Made by a program: the position numbers and the translations under genes
Shown: positions 1-13,937 of the stretch, in pieces
How the letters are laid out: each line of letters begins with the position of its first letter
How positions within the stretch are numbered: the stretch's first letter is position 1
Notes under the pieces: model-generated
Database searches by the model: none
Seen by the model: the letters and a program-made list of their open reading frames with translations, nothing else
What the model was told of the DNA's origin: nothing
DNA from: Okamejei kenojei
Taxonomy: Eukaryota
NCBI GenBank assembly: GCA_035221665.1
Contig: JAVHYY010000049.1
Location: forward strand, 186,001-250,000
Direction of reading: 5' to 3'
Length of the DNA stretch: 64,000 nucleotides

Positions 1-3000
1 TAGGGCACTGGAACCATTTCTGGGGGAGGTGGGACCAGTACAAACAGAACGGTCTGCATCTGGGCTGGAATGGAACCAATGTCCTTGGGGGAGTGTTTGC
101 TAGTGCTGTCGGGGAGGATTTAAACTAATGTGGCAGGGGGATGGGTACAAGAGCAGAGAGGCAGTTGGGTGTAAAACGAGGGTGGAAGCAATAGGGAGCA
201 AGGTGAAACGTAAAAATGGCAGGCAGACAAAATCAGGGCAAAAATCAAAAAGGGCCACTTTTCAACATAATTGTATAAGGGGTAAGAGCGTTGTAAAAAC
301 AAGCCTGAAGGCTTTGTGTCTCAATGCAAGGAGTATTCGTAATAAGGTGGATGAGTTGAACGTGCAGATAGCTATTAATGATTATGATATAGTGGGGATC
401 ACGGAGACATGGCTCCAGGGTGACCAAGGCCGGGAACTGAACCTCCAGGGATATTCAATATTCAGGAGGGATAGAAAGAAAGAAAATTGAGGTGGGGTAG
501 TGTTGCTGGTTAGAGAGGAGATTAACGCAATGGAAAGGATGGACATTAGCTTGGAGGATGTGGAATCGGTATGGGTGGAGCTGTGAAACACTAAAGGGCA
601 GAAACTCTGGTGGGTGTTGTGCACAGGCCACCTAACAGTAGAACTGAAGTTGGGGATGGTATCGAACAGGAAAATAGTAATGCGTGCGACAAAGGCAAAA
701 CAGTTATAATGGGCGACTTCAATCTACATATTGATTGGGTGAATTGGGCAGGGGCACTAAGGAAGAGGATTTTTTGGAATGTATGCGGAATAGTTATCTA
801 AATCAACATGTAGAGGAACCAACGAGAGAACAGGCTGTTTTAGATTGGGTATTGAGTAATGAGGAAGGGTTAGTTAGCAGTCTTGCTGTACATTTTACCC
901 TTGGGCAAGAGTGACCATAATATGGTCGAGTTCTTCATTAGGATGGAGAGTGACATTGTTAATTCGGAAACAATGGTTCTGAACTTAAAGAAAGGTAACA
1001 TTGAGGGTATGAGATGTGAATTGGCCAAGATTGACTGGCAATCAATTCTAAAAGGACTGGCGGTGGATACGCAATGGAAGACATTTAAGGACTGCATGGA
1101 TGACTACAAAAATTGTTCATCCCAGTTTGGCAAAATAATAAATCAGGGAAGGTAGTGCATCCGTGGATAACAAGGAAAATCAGAGATAGTATCAAAAGAA
1201 AGGATGATTCGTACAAAGTAGCCAGAAAAAGCAGCATGCCAGAGGACGGAGAAATTCAGAGACCAGCAGAGGAGGACAAGAGGCTTAGTTAGGAAGGAAA
1301 ACTGGCAGGGAACATAAAAACTGACTGCAAAAGTTTTTATAGATATGTGAAGAAAAATAGATTAGTTAAAACAAATGTAGGTCCCTTGCAGTCAGAAACA
1401 GGTGAGTTAATCATGGTGAACAAGGATATGGCGGACCAATTGAATAACTACTTTGGTTCCGTCTTCACAAAGGAGGACATAAATAATCTGCCGGAAATAG
1501 CAGGGGACCGCGGGTTAAAGGAGGAATTGAGTGAAATCCATGTTAGTCGGGAAGTGGTGTTGGGTTAAATTGAATGGATTAAAGGCCGATAAATCCCCAG
1601 GGCCAGATAGGCTGCAACCCAGAGTACTTAAGGAAGTAGGTCCGGAAATAGTGGATGCATTAGTGATAATCTTCCAAAACTCTTTAGATTCTGGAGCAGT
1701 TCCTGAGGATTGGCGGGTAGCAAACGTAACCCCTCTTTTGAAGACGGGAGGGGGGGAGAAAACGGGGAACTACAGACCAGTTAGTCTAACATCGGTAGTG
1801 GGGAAACTGCTAGAGTCAATTATTAAAGATGGGATAGCAGCACATTTGGAAAGTGGTTGAAATCATTGGACAAAGTCAGCATGGATTTACGAAAGGTAAA
1901 TCATGTCTGACGAATCTTGTGGAATTTTTCGAGGATGTAACTAGTAGCGTGGATAGGGGAGAACCAGTAGATGTGGTGTACTTGGACTTCCAGAAGGCTT
2001 TCGACAAGGTCCCACATAAGGGATTAGTATACAAACTTAAAGCATACGGCATTGGGGTTTCAGTATTGATGTGGACAGAGAACTGGCTGGCAAACAGGAA
2101 GCAAAGAGTAGGAGCAAACGGGTCCTTTTCACAATGGCAGGCAGTGAATAGTGGGGTACCGCAAGGGTCCGTGCTGGGACCCCAGTTATTTACAATATAC
2201 ATTAATGATCTGGATGAGGGAATTGAAGGCAATATCTCCAGGTTTGCGGATGACACTAAGCTGGGGGGGGGGGGGGGGGGGGGGGCAATGCTAGCTGTGA
2301 CCAGGATGCTAGGAGACTGAAAGGTGACTTGCATAGGCTGGGTGAGAGGGCAAATGTTTGGCAGATGCAGTATAATAGTGGATAAATGTGAGGTTATCCA
2401 GTTTGGTGGGAAAAACAGAAAAGCAGACTATTATCTAAATGGTGGCCGATTAGGAAAGGTGGAGATGCAGCGCGACCTGGGTGTATTGCGTACAGTTCTG
2501 ATCGCCAAATCTGAGGAAGGACATTATTGCCATAGAGGGAGTGCAGAGAAGGTTCACCAGACTGATTCCTGGGATGCCAGGACTGTCTTATGAAGAAAGA
2601 CTGGATAGACTCGGTTTATACTCTCTAGAATTTAGGAGATTGAGAGGGGATCTTATAGAAACTTACAAAATTCTTAAGGGGTTGGACAGGCTAGATGCAG
2701 GAAGCTTGTTCCCGATGTTGAGGAGGTCCAGGTCAAGGGATCACAGCTTAAGGATGAGGGGGAAATCCTTTAGGACCGAGATGAGAAGGACTTTTTTCAC
2801 ACAGAGAGTGGTGGGTCTCTGGAACTCTCTGCCACAGAGGGTAGTGGAGGCCAGTTCATTGGCTATATTTAAGAGGGAGTTAGATGCGGCCCTTGTAGCT
2901 AGGGGGAGCAGAGGGTATGGAGAGAAGGCAGGTACGGGATACTGAGTTGGATGATCAGCCATGATCATATTGAATGGCGGTGCAGGCTCGAAGGACCGAA

Positions 3001-3042
3001 TGGCCTACTCCTGCACCTAATTTCTATGTTTCTATGTTTCTA
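1..3042 (+). mobile_element. CR1 LINE, near-full-length but decayed (end of ORF1 esterase, ORF2 APE-RT, 3' tail)
   Basis: ORF fragments LNARSIRNK..VGITETWL (APE), [40 protein letters not shown] (RT), RRLRGDLIETYK; (TTTCTATG)n tail at ~3021-3042; many frameshifts and stops. Confidence 0.95.
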
Positions 3043-3260
3043 TCGGCGCAACCAACCCTAGGAAAAGAGATCGTTTGGCCGAACACCTGCGCGCAGTACA
3101 CCAATGCTTGTGTGATTCCCGTTCGCCACCCATTCAAATTCCGCATTTCAAATGTTCTGTCCTGGGTCTGGTATATTGGCAGATGATGATCACACGCAAA
3201 CCAGAGGAATGACATATCATACCACGTTTAGGTGTTTTGCAACTCTTTGGTACCAACATT
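3042..3260 (+). mobile_element. Penelope-like element remnant (GIY-YIG endonuclease fragment)
   Basis: Manual translation from 3042 gives IGATNPRKRDRLAEHLRAVHQ, resembling the YIGET.RRL.DRF.EH motif; its 5' side is cut by the CR1 tail. Confidence 0.6.
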
Positions 3261-3679
3261 CAAAAGGACTCAACGTGCTGGACCAATTCGGCGGGTCAGA
3301 CAGCAACCCCGAAGAACATGGATAGGTGGCTTATTGATTATGATGTGGGTGGGGGGTGTATAAAACTACAGAAGTGGAGGCGGAGGACAGATCCTGGTGA
3401 TGGTGGTGGGGTTGATCGATAGATGATTGTAGAAAGGTCTGAGATTGAGTCCATATATTCACATTAATTCTCCTATAACATCCAAGAAGGTTTCCTCAAA
3501 CAGAACATGGATGTTTCGACCCGAGGACCCTCATCCTGAACCATGCTTAGGAAACGAGCCTAGCCAAGTGTTCGCTGTTTCTGTGGATGGGTATCTTGTA
3601 GATACTGATCATAACTCCCTATGTATTTATAATGTTTTAATAAGTACCGGTACGGTGGGGAAAGGCATGTAATTGGGGC

Positions 3680-5535
3680 AAGACAAATTAATAAAATTAG
3701 GCAGTTTCTAAGGAGGGTAGATTAGGAACAACAGCTATTGGGGAAGTCCACCGATCACATGCAGGAGTCGTTTAATGGCCAGCTGATCAGTATGTTCCTG
3801 TAAGGAGCAGGGATCGGATACCGGTGTAAAGTAAAGCAACGGCGGATATGCTAGGATGTTTTAAACTTGATCAGGGAGAAAAAGAAATCGTATGTTTCAG
3901 GAGATGGCATCGACCATATCATAAGATACATATTAAACGACTAGCGCAATGTAGACATTCAAAGGGCCAATATACTTGGAGCGGGAGGACTGAAGAGGGG
4001 CCAAATTATTTAATTGTTTCAGAAGGAAAGTGGAGAGAATCCATGGAATTATAGACCACTGGGACTTATGGGGACAGGGAAAGTATTCGAGAGAATTCGA
4101 GAGACTCCTAGTTGTGATAACAGACTAATTGGGGATGGCAACAGGATTTTGCGCGGGACATGTGTTGTCCAACGTGATTGAGTTATTTGGAAAGGTGACG
4201 AAGGAAATTGAAGAATATAGGGTTGTGGATGTGGGAAACAGAAGACAAATCTATGTACTCCATCGAGGTAGTTGGATACATACGATTAAGACGTACGGGA
4301 TTCACGATGACGGTCATATGATTTCGGGACTGGGCAGGTCAGAGAAGGCAGAGGTTCGTGGTGGAAGGTATATATTCAGGCTTCAGGCCTGTGACCAATG
4401 GAGCTCCGCAGGGATTAAGTCATAGGTCGTAGGAATAGGAGTAGAATTAGGAAATTCGGCCCATCAAGTCTACTCCGCCATTCAATCATGGCGGATCTAT
4501 CTCTCCCTTCTAACCCAAATCTCCTGCCTTCTCCTCAAAAACGTTGACACCTGTACTATTCAAGATCTATCTATCTCTGCCTTGATTATATTCACTTACG
4601 GCGTCCACAGCCTTCTATGACAAATAATTCCACAGATTCACCATCCTCTGACTAAATACATTTATCCCCATCTCTTTCCTAAAAGAACATGCTTTCTCTG
4701 AGGATGTGAACTCCAGTCTTGGACAATAGATAATAGACAGTAGACAATAGACAATAGACAATAGGTGCAGGAGTAGGCCATTCGGCCCTTTGAGCCAGCA
4801 CCGCCATTCATTGTGATCATGGTTGATCATTCCCAATCAGTACCCCGTTCCTGCCTTCTCCCCATATCCCCTGACTCCGCTATTTTTAAGAGCCCTATCT
4901 AGCTCTCTCCTGAAAGCATCCCGCCTCCACTGCCCTCTAGGGCAGAGAATTCCACAGACTCACCACTACTGTGAGAAAAAGTGTTTCCTCGTCTCCGTTC
5001 TAAATGGCTTTCTCCTTATACTTAAACTGTGGCCCTGGTTCTGGACTCCCCCAACATCGGGAACATTAGACTTTCTCACGTGAAAAAATCGCCGCCACAT
5101 CCACTATCCAAGCCTTTAACTATTTTGTATCGCAATTAGGTCCCCCCTCTTTCTTCTAACCTCCAGCGAGTACAGGCCATGCACCATCAAACGTTCATCA
5201 AATGTTAACTTCCTAATTCCAGGGATCACTCCAGTTAACCAGCCTGGACATTTTGGGAATCCTGCGCCAGCACTCGCAAGTCATTTTGCACCTCCGATTT
5301 CTGGATTCTCAGCACAATTAGAAAATAGTCTACGCCTTTATTCCTACTACCACAATGCATGACTCCACACTTTGCTGCACTATATTCGATCTGCCACTTC
5401 TCTGCCCATTCTCCGAACCTGTCGAAGTGCTTCTGCAGAGTCCATGCCGTCGCTACACGACCTGCCCCTCCATCTATTTTCGTATCATCCGCAAACTTGG
5501 TCACAAAACCTTCATTCCCCTCATCCAAATCATTT
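3680..5535. mobile_element. Cluster of old CR1 fragments in both orientations
   Basis: Minus ORF 5235-5528 (KFADDTKI..WQIEY..KCGVMH); CR1 3' ends with (TAGACAA)n tail at ~4725-4762; degraded plus-strand RT fragment at ~4030-4420. Confidence 0.8.
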
Positions 5536-5556
5536 GGATTCCTGTTGGGACAGATG

Positions 5557-5936
5557 NNNNNNNNNNNNNNNNNNNNNNNNNNNNNNNNNNNNNNNNNNNN
5601 NNNNNNNNNNNNNNNNNNNNNNNNNNNNNNNNNNNNNNNNNNNNNNNNNNNNNNNNNNNNNNNNNNNNNNNNNNNNNNNNNNNNACGGGCGGNNNNNNNN
5701 NNNNNNNNNNNNNNNNNNNNNNNNNNNNNNNNNNNNNNNNNNNNNNNNNNNNNNNNNNNNNNNNNNNNNNNNNNNNNNNNNNNNNNNNNNNNNNNNNNNN
5801 NNNNNNNNNNNNNNNNNNNNNNNNNNNNNNNNNNNNNNNNNNNNNNNNNNNNNNNNNNNNNNNNNNNNNNNNNNNNNNNNNNNNNNNNNNNNNNNNNNNN
5901 NNNNNNNNNNNNNNNNNNNNNNNNNNNNNNNNNNNN
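5557..5936. other. Assembly gap (N runs 5557-5684 and 5693-5936 with an 8-nt island)
   Basis: Runs of n seen directly. Confidence 1.
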
Positions 5937-6813
5937 TTATTTTTTACACAGTGAGTAGGGGTGTGTAATTCTTTGTCAGGAGGTCGTATTAGTTAGTGGC
6001 AGACAGGGTAGTGCCGTTTGGGAGACTTTTAGAAAAGCGTATGTATAGCAAAGCGCATAGAGGGCATGGATCATGTACAGGCAGAAGTGATCCGCTGAAC
6101 TTTGAATGATGTTGAGCAACATCATTTTGGGCCGAAGAACCCGTTCCAGTACTATATTTTTCTATGCATTATGCTCTATGGTGTGCAGCCGTTTTTCCAA
6201 TTATCACACTTCCAATTCCACTGCCTCGTTCTTCCAACATCTCTTTGTCTGATTTGTATATTTCACTCTTCTTTCAATCCTTCTCTTTCAACATCAGACA
6301 CCATTCTATTCGTTTGCCTTCTGCCTTTTCAACTTTGTTCCCTTTAACACTTCCATTGTCTCCTTTTCACCTCTAGCCCGTGTCCGCTCATTATCCAATC
6401 AAACATCCCTCACTGGTTAGGATTTGTTCCGCCTCTCTCAAATAGATTCCAGATTTCTCCCGCAACGCACCCTGCACAGTCAGCATGAAGAATAGTCTCT
6501 AAGCGTATCTTCCATTTCCTCCTGCGATACAGCCTCGCCTGCTGTGTTGCACCAACATTTTCTGTCCTCCATAGGTTGAAATAATATTTCTCCACGTCGA
6601 ACCACCCCCACCCTTCCTCTTTTGCCCGAAATGTATAAACCTGCCACATGCACCCACAGAAATTGAACGAACACTCAACTACTTCTCCAGCCTAAATTCA
6701 ATTAAGTGTTCTTGACCCAAGGAAAACAACGGCAGTGCCACCGCACATTCACCACAGATAAACCCCTCACCCCGTGAAGCGGTTTTAAGGCGGTTTGTTG
6801 ACACTTTCCTCAC

Positions 6814-6906
6814 CTTGACCAGCAGGAAGACGGCTGCACCGGAGTTGAAGGCTCCGTTGTACAAGGTGATCACTGTGGAGCGACTCCTCCCAAACAGATT
6901 TCCAGC
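6814..6906 (-). CDS. SLC43A3: SLC43A3-like transporter, coding exon 5 (93 nt; [31 protein letters not shown])
   Basis: CTGCAG acceptor and GTGAG donor, phase 0/0; matches the SLC43 motif GNLF...[11 protein letters not shown]. Confidence 0.9.
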
Positions 6907-7219
6907 CTGCAGATCCATGCAAAGTAAACAGTCATTGAGGCCGCACAGAAGCGCCAAGAACATTCAACACTATCCCACGCCCAGTCAGTGGAGGCCGGAA
7001 TCTGTTCGGTCTTCATTGCTCACCCTGTGCACCTTGGCAAAGACGGCACTCCTGCGCGTCCAATTTCCCAGTGGCAAGTTCAGCGCGATTGCAACGGCAT
7101 TTCCGACCATTAGAGTCGGTTTAGTTATTACAAGTATATTTCTAAGGGTCTGCCACGGTGTGGGAGGTGGAGTGCAGATTGCAGGCTAAGTTCCGTAATA
7201 TTGGAGCAGCAGCACACAG

Positions 7220-7480
7220 GGAATGGCGTACTGTCGAGGGTCAGTACTGGGGGAGTCTCAAACTCTTATAGGGACAGTACTGAGGTAGTACAGCCCTGTG
7301 GGACCGGTAGTACTCAGGGAGTGTCGCACTATGCTAAGGGTATTGTTGTGTGGAAGCCGCACTGTGGGAGAGGCAGCGACGGACAGGTGTATTGTGAGAG
7401 CGTCACATCGTGGGTGGAGTAGGATTGACGGGGTGACGCACCGTCCAAGAGGTCACAGTGAGGGAGGGCCGCACCTCTGT
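7220..7480 (+). repeat. Degenerate ~33-bp minisatellite (CAGTACTGAGGGAGTGCCGCACTGT-like units)
   Basis: Recurrent cagtactg..gcactgtggga units; related sequence at ~18760-18910. Confidence 0.45.
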
Positions 7481-8227
7481 GAATGATGTCCTAGCTTGCC
7501 CATCCTATCTCTGTAGTTCAGTGTCCTAGCAACATCCCCATAAACGTTTTGTCCATGTTGTGCAGTTTAATAGCATATTTTCTACTGCAGGGTGACCGAA
7601 AGTGAACACAATACTCTCGGTGTGGCCTCAGCAACATCTTCTACCATTGTACCATGTCGTCGTAACATGTTTGCTTAATTCCTTAACCGATAAAGCGTGT
7701 CAATAGGCTTCTTCGCCACCCTATGTACCTCTAGTGACTCCTCCTTGGGTAAACTGTGCTCTTGTACTCCGTGATCCTTCTCCGCTACTACACTCTAAAG
7801 GGTTCTACCAAACACTATGAAGATCGTGCCGGGGATTAACATCACCACATGTAACACTTCACAATTATTTTATTTGCCAATTCTTGACCCTCTTTCTCAG
7901 CTGATTGTCGCCCTGCTACTAATCTTCACGACGACCTTAACTGTTTTTGCATTTATTATCACCCTATATTCTAGAGAGAGTTAGATAGATGGATTCAAGT
8001 GAGTTGGATACTGCTCTTAGGTCTAACGGAATCAAGGGATATGGCGAGAAAGTAGCAATGGGATACATATTGGATGATCAACCGTGATCATATTGAATGG
8101 CGGTGCGGGCTCGATGGGCCGAATTGTCTAATGGCCGAATAGCCTACTTCTGCACCTATTTTCAATGTTTCTATGTTTCTATGTCTCTATGATTATTGTT
8201 AAAACCGGATGAATGACCATAGAATAC

Positions 8228-8304
8228 CTTTATGTTTGTTGTGAGCACTAAGATTCCTCCCACTCCTATTAACGCGATAGCGGGAAACAGCAACAGAGCC
8301 GAGG
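8228..8304 (-). CDS. SLC43A3: SLC43A3-like coding exon 4 (77 nt; ASALLLFPAIALIGVGGILVLTTNIK)
   Basis: TTACAG acceptor, GT donor, phase 1/0; hydrophobic TM helix in frame with the neighbouring exons. Confidence 0.9.
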
Positions 8305-8379
8305 CTGTAACAGAGAGTGAGGGTGAGGATGAGGCTGAGAGCAGGGGCATGAGATAGCAAGTCTTCCTCACGTGGATGC

Positions 8380-8645
8380 ACACACCCTCTCTCTCAATCG
8401 ATCTCTCGCACACACACATACAAACACTCGCACACGTAAACACACGCATACACCCATACTACACCCCCTCCCCCACATCACACAAACATAGGCCCACACC
8501 TTGCACGCACACACACATGTACACACAGATACACACATGGACAGCCACATATACAAACACACACAGACGGAGTAAACGCACGCACAGACATGCACCACAT
8601 AGGCACACACACACGCACAAGGAAGCACACACACACACACAGCAA
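8380..8645. repeat. Degenerate (CA)n-rich microsatellite in intron
   Basis: CA/ACAC-rich run seen directly. Confidence 0.9.
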
Positions 8646-8750
8646 TGAGCACATTCACATGTATAACACTGTCAGATTCACGATACGAAAGAGACACCCA
8701 TGCGCTGAGATCAATGCACGATTCCCCAGACGGGGTTGGGTGTCACTTAC

Positions 8751-8797
8751 CCGTAGTTGTAAAAGCGATCATTAAGTTGCCTACGGTGTAGAGGAAG
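8751..8797 (-). CDS. SLC43A3: SLC43A3-like coding exon 3 (47 nt; IFLYTVGNLMIAFTTT)
   Basis: TTTCCCCAG acceptor, GTAAGT donor; phase 2/1 bridges exons 2 and 4 exactly; too short for the ORF track. Confidence 0.88.
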
Positions 8798-9379
8798 CTG
8801 GGGAAACACAAATCTACCTTTAGACCCGCTTTCCCTCACCGCCACAAAGATATACTATCACAAAGGCCTAGACTATTTGAAGAATGGTCCACCCTGAGAA
8901 AAGTGTTGTCGAACATCACTTTATCCGTGTCCATCATATCGTGTGCACCTGAATAAGATCATCGGTCTGCCACATTAAGAAAGAAATTAACATCCACATT
9001 ATCCATCCTTTTCCTTTAACTCAAGCCAGAAGGCCCAGATAGTAGTCTGGTAAATATGCACTCTGTCTAACTTAACACCTTTCTTAAATTCAAGGGCATG
9101 TCATGTTTGGACCATGGAACTAGATCATAGAACACATAAGAGTACAGCGCACGAATGGATACGTCGGCGCACAATGTTTGTGCCGAACAGAATGCCGAGT
9201 TAGCCTGATTTCATCTGTCAATATATCATCCATATCCCTGTATCTCATTCAAATCTATATGTCCATCTAAAATCTTCTTATACACCACTATCGGTTCTGC
9301 ATTCTCCACCATGACTGTGAGGGCGTTCCAGGTCGCCGCAAATCTCTGTGTAAAATAAATTTGCTTCGCACATCTATAA

Positions 9380-12300
9380 TAATAATAACCATATAACCAT
9401 ATAACAATTACAGCACGGAGGTAGGCCCTCTCGGCCCTTCCAGTCCGTGCCGACCAATTGTTTTCCCCTAGTCCCATCTACCTGTACTCAGACCATACCC
9501 CTCCATTCCCTTCACGTCCATATACCTATCCACTTTACTTTTAAATGTTAAAATCGATCCTGCCTCCACCACCTCTGCCGGAAGCGCATTCCACACAGCC
9601 ACCACCCTCTGAGTAAAGAAGTTCCCCCTCACGTTACCCCTAAACTTCTGTCCCTTAATTCTCATGTCATGCCCTCTTGTTTGAATCTTCCTACCCTCAA
9701 TGGGAAAAGCTTATCCACGTCAACTCTGTCTATCCCTTTCATCATTTTAAAGACCTCAATCAAGTCCCCCCTTAACCTTCTGCGCTCCAAAGAATAAAGA
9801 CCTAACTTGTTCAACCTTTCTCTGTAACATAGTTGCTGGAACCCTGGCAACATTCTAGTAAATCTCCTCTGTACTCTCTCTATTTTGTTGACATCCTTCC
9901 TATAACTAGGCGACCAAAATTGTACACTATACTCCAGAATTGGTCTTACCAATGCCTTGTACAATTTTAACATTACTTCCCTACTCCTATATTCAATGCT
10001 CTGATTTATAAAGGCCAGCACACCAAAGGCTTTCTTTACCACCCTATCTACATGCGATTCCACCTTCAGGGAACTATGCACAGTTATTCCTAGATCCCTC
10101 TGTTCCACAGCATTCCTCAATTCCCTACCATTTACCATGTACGTCCTATTTTGATTTGTCCTGCCAAGATGTAGCACTTCACACTTATCAGCATTAAACT
10201 CCATCTGCCATCTTTCAGCCCACTTTTCCAAATGGCCCAAATCTCTCTGTAGACTTTGAGAATCTACTTCATTATCCACAATACCACCTATCGTAGTATC
10301 ATCTGCATACTTCCTTATCCAATTTTCCACCCCATCATCCAGATCATTGATGTACATGACAAACAACAGTGGACCCAACACAGATCCCCGAGGCACCCCA
10401 CTGGTCACCGGCATCCAACCTGACAAACAGCCATCCACCATTACTCTCTGACATCTCCTATTCAGCCATTGTTGAATCCATCTTGCTACTCCGCCATTAA
10501 CACCCAAAGATTGAACCTTCTGAACCAACCTTCCATGGGGAACCTTGTCAAAGGCCTTAATGAAATCCATATAGACAACATCCACTGCTTTACCCTCATC
10601 AATTTCCCTAGTTACCGCTTCAAAAAATTCAAGAAGGTTTGTCAAACATGACCTTCCAGGCACAAATCCATGTTGACTGTTCCTGATCAGACCCTGTTTA
10701 TCCAGATGCTTATATATATTATCTCTAAGTATCCTTTCCATTAATTTGCCCACCACTGACGTCAAACTAATAGGTCTATAATTGCTAGGTTTATTCTTTG
10801 AACCCTTTTTAAACAATGGAACAATATGCGCAGTACGCCAATCCTCCGGCACTATTCCCGTTTCTAATGACATTTGAAAATTTCTGTCATAGCTCCTGCT
10901 TTTCTACACTAACTTCCCTCAATGTCCTAGGGAATATCCTGTCAGGACCTGGAGACTTATCCACCTTTATATTTTTCAAAAGTGTCAGTACTTCCTCCTC
11001 TTTGAATCTCATAGTTTCCATAGCTACTCTACTTTTTTCCCTTACCTCACAGAGTTCAATATCCTTCTCCTTGGTGAATACCGAAGAAAAGAAATTGTTC
11101 AATATCTCCCCCATCTCTTTTGGCTCTGCAGATAGCTGTCCATTCTGGTTCTCTAATGGGCCAATTTTATCCCTCGTTATCCTTTTGCTATTAATATAGC
11201 TGTAGAAACCCTTTGGATTTACTTTCACCTTTCTTGCCAAAGCAACCTCATATCTTCTTTTAGCCTTCCTAATTTCTTTCTTAAGATTCTTTTTACATTC
11301 TTTATACTCCTCTAGCACCTCATTTACTCCATGCCTCCTATAATTCTTGTAGATATCTCTCTTTTTTCGAAACAAGTGTCTAATTTCCCTTGAAAACCAT
11401 GGCTCTTTCCAATTTTTACGATTTCCTTTCAACCTAACAGGGACATAAAGATTCTGTACTCTTACAATTTCCCCTTTAAATGTCCTCCATTTCTCTTCTA
11501 CATCCTTCCCATGAAACAAAGTGTCCAATTCACTCCTTTAAAATCCTCACGCATTCCCTCAAAGTTAGCCTTTCTCCAATCAAAAATCTCCACTCTAGGT
11601 CCTGTTCTGACTCGCTCCATAATTATATTGAAACTAATGGTATTGTGATCACTGGTCCCGAAGTGCTCACCAACGCATACCTCCGTCACCTGTCCTGCCT
11701 CATTTCCTAACAGGAGGTCCAGCACTGCCCCTTCTCTGGTCGGTACCTCTATGTACTGCTGCAAAAAACTATCCTGCACACATTTTACAAACTCCAAACC
11801 ATCCAGCCCATTTACAGAATGTGTTTCCCAGTCTATTTTTGGGAAATTGAAATCTCCCACAATCACTACCTTGTGCTTATACTAATATCTGCTATCTCCT
11901 TACATATTTGCTCTTCCAATTCTCGCTCCCCATTTGGCGGTATATAGTACACCCCTAAAAGTGTTGCTACACCGTTCCCACTTCTCGGTTCCACCCAAAT
12001 AGCCTCCCTAGACGAACCCTCTAATCTATCCTGCCAAAGCACTGCTGTAATATCCTCTCTGACAAGCAATGCAGCACCTCCACCTCTGGTCCCTCCAATT
12101 CTATCACCCCGGAAGCAACGAAATCCTGGAATATTTAGTTTCCAATCACAGCCCTCCTGCAACCATGTTTCACTGATTGCCACAACATCATATTTCCAGG
12201 TGTCATTCCAGGCTCTAACTTCATCCACCTTACTTACAATGCTCCTAGCATTAAAATATGCACATTTTATAAACCCACCATCCTTTATTCTCTGTCTATT

Positions 12301-12655
12301 ATCTTTTTCATCTTTCTCGCCTACATTTTGGGTCCGAGTGCTTCCCTTCTCTGTCTCTTGCCCCACACCCTGTCCCCTAGCCCCTAGCCCCCTCTACCCG
12401 ACTCCCTCCCCCCAGCCTTTCTAGTTTAAAGTCTCCCCAGTAGCCTTTGCAAATTTCCCTGTCAGGATATTGGTCCCCTTCGGGTTCAAGTGCAACCCGT
12501 CCTCTGCGTACAGATCATGCCTTCCCCAAAAGAGGTCCCAGTGATCAAGCAACTTGATTCGCTGCCCACTGCACCAGTTCCTCAGCCACGCATTTAGCCT
12601 CCACCTCATTTCATTCCTACTCTCACTGTCACGCGGCACAGGCAGTAATCCTGAA
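9380..12655 (-). mobile_element. CR1 LINE, well preserved (ORF1 esterase end, ORF2 APE and RT, 3' tail), intronic
   Basis: 403-aa RT ORF 9662-10873 (YRPISLTS, FDKVPH, GSVLGP, YADD); APE fragments 11498-12366; ORF1 SGNH-type fragment 12421-12639 (DGLHLNPKGT); (AACCATAT) tail near 9390. Confidence 0.96.
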
Positions 12656-13174
12656 ATCGTTTACCCTATAATAATAATTGATTTTATTTTTATAGCGCTT
12701 TTCTAAAACTCAAAGCGCTTTACAGTAAGAACATATAATCGGAATAAAAATCAGTTTAAAAAAAGACTTCACCAGTAAATAAATCAAGGACAGAATTCAA
12801 TCCAAAAACAGAAAATCAAAAACACAATGTGAGAATTAAATGTCTCATCTTGACCACTTCCTGTTCGCGCTGTATATTGTTTTTAGAAAAAACGCTACCC
12901 TGTATCACGTAAGAGTTGGCCATCTTACTCACAGTCCTTCTCCGCTGAGGATTTTTCCCATTGATGAAAAATAAAAAAGTTATGAGTATTTATAAAATCT
13001 TTAGAACAACTGGTTGGTCCTCTCGCCTGTCAATCATCACGATGAAGGTAACGCCCCTTCCGGGGGCAGGACTATAAAACACCGGATGCCTGGACGAGAG
13101 CCAGTCACTCTGAAAGATCGCGAGGGAGAGGCCACACTCATTCTGCTGTGAGTCTACTGAACTGTGCGTCTACC

Positions 13175-13470
13175 CTTTATGTGCTTTATGTGGTTTATGT
13201 GGTTTATGTGGTTTATGTGGTTAACCCTTTATGTGCTTGCAATAAATTATTTGTTAGCCAGTAATGTCCTTCTATGAATGATGACTTGTTAACCAATAAT
13301 GTGCTTGCAATAAATGATTTGTTAGCCAGCAATGTGCTTGCAATGAATGAAGCTGTGTTAACCCTTAATGTGCTTGTAATAAATGATTTGTTAGCCAGCA
13401 ATGTGCTTGCAATGAATGATGATTTGTTAATCATTTATGTGTTTGCAATAAATGATTTGTTAGCCCTTCA
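13175..13470. repeat. (TTTATGTGG)n followed by ~33-bp tandem repeats (AATGTGCTTGCAATAAATGATTTGTTAGCCAGC-like)
   Basis: Seen directly; accounts for the repetitive spurious ORFs 13213-13516. Confidence 0.9.
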
Positions 13471-13524
13471 TGACAATGCTATGAATTGTTTGGCCTGCTG
13501 TCCTGCCTGTGCTTGAAACTGCAA

Positions 13525-13937
13525 TGCTTTATTGGGTCCGACTGCGTTTGGAAGGAATAAATGCTTTATTAGGTCCGACTGTGTATGGAAGGAATAAATG
13601 CTTTATTAGGTCCGACTGTGTTTGGAAGGAATAAATGCTTTATTAGGTCCGACTGTGTTTGGAAGGAATAAATGCTTTATTAGGTCCGACTGTGTTTGGA
13701 AGGAATAAATACTTTATTTGGTCCGACTGTTTGGAGGAATAAATGCTTTATTAGGTCCGACTTTATTTTGGAAGGAATAAATGCTTTATTGTGTCCGACT
13801 GTTTGGAAGGAATAATGCTTTATTAGATCCGACAGTGTTTGGAAGGAATATATGCTTCATTAGGCACGACTGTGTTTTGAAGGAATAAATGCTTTATTAG
13901 GTCCGATTGTGTTTGGAAGGATTACATGCTTTATTAA
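13525..13937. repeat. 37-bp minisatellite, ~11 copies (TGCTTTATTAGGTCCGACTGTGTTTGGAAGGAATAAA)
   Basis: Head-to-tail units with no spacers, counted by eye. Confidence 0.95.

Noticed and set aside
9662-10873. 403-aa ORF as a host gene or active retrotransposon
   Set aside because: It is CR1 RT with frameshifts on both sides, and ORF1 is truncated
13525-13937. CRISPR-like 37-bp repeat array
   Set aside because: Units are contiguous with no unique spacers, there are no cas genes, and the context is a vertebrate intron; it is a minisatellite
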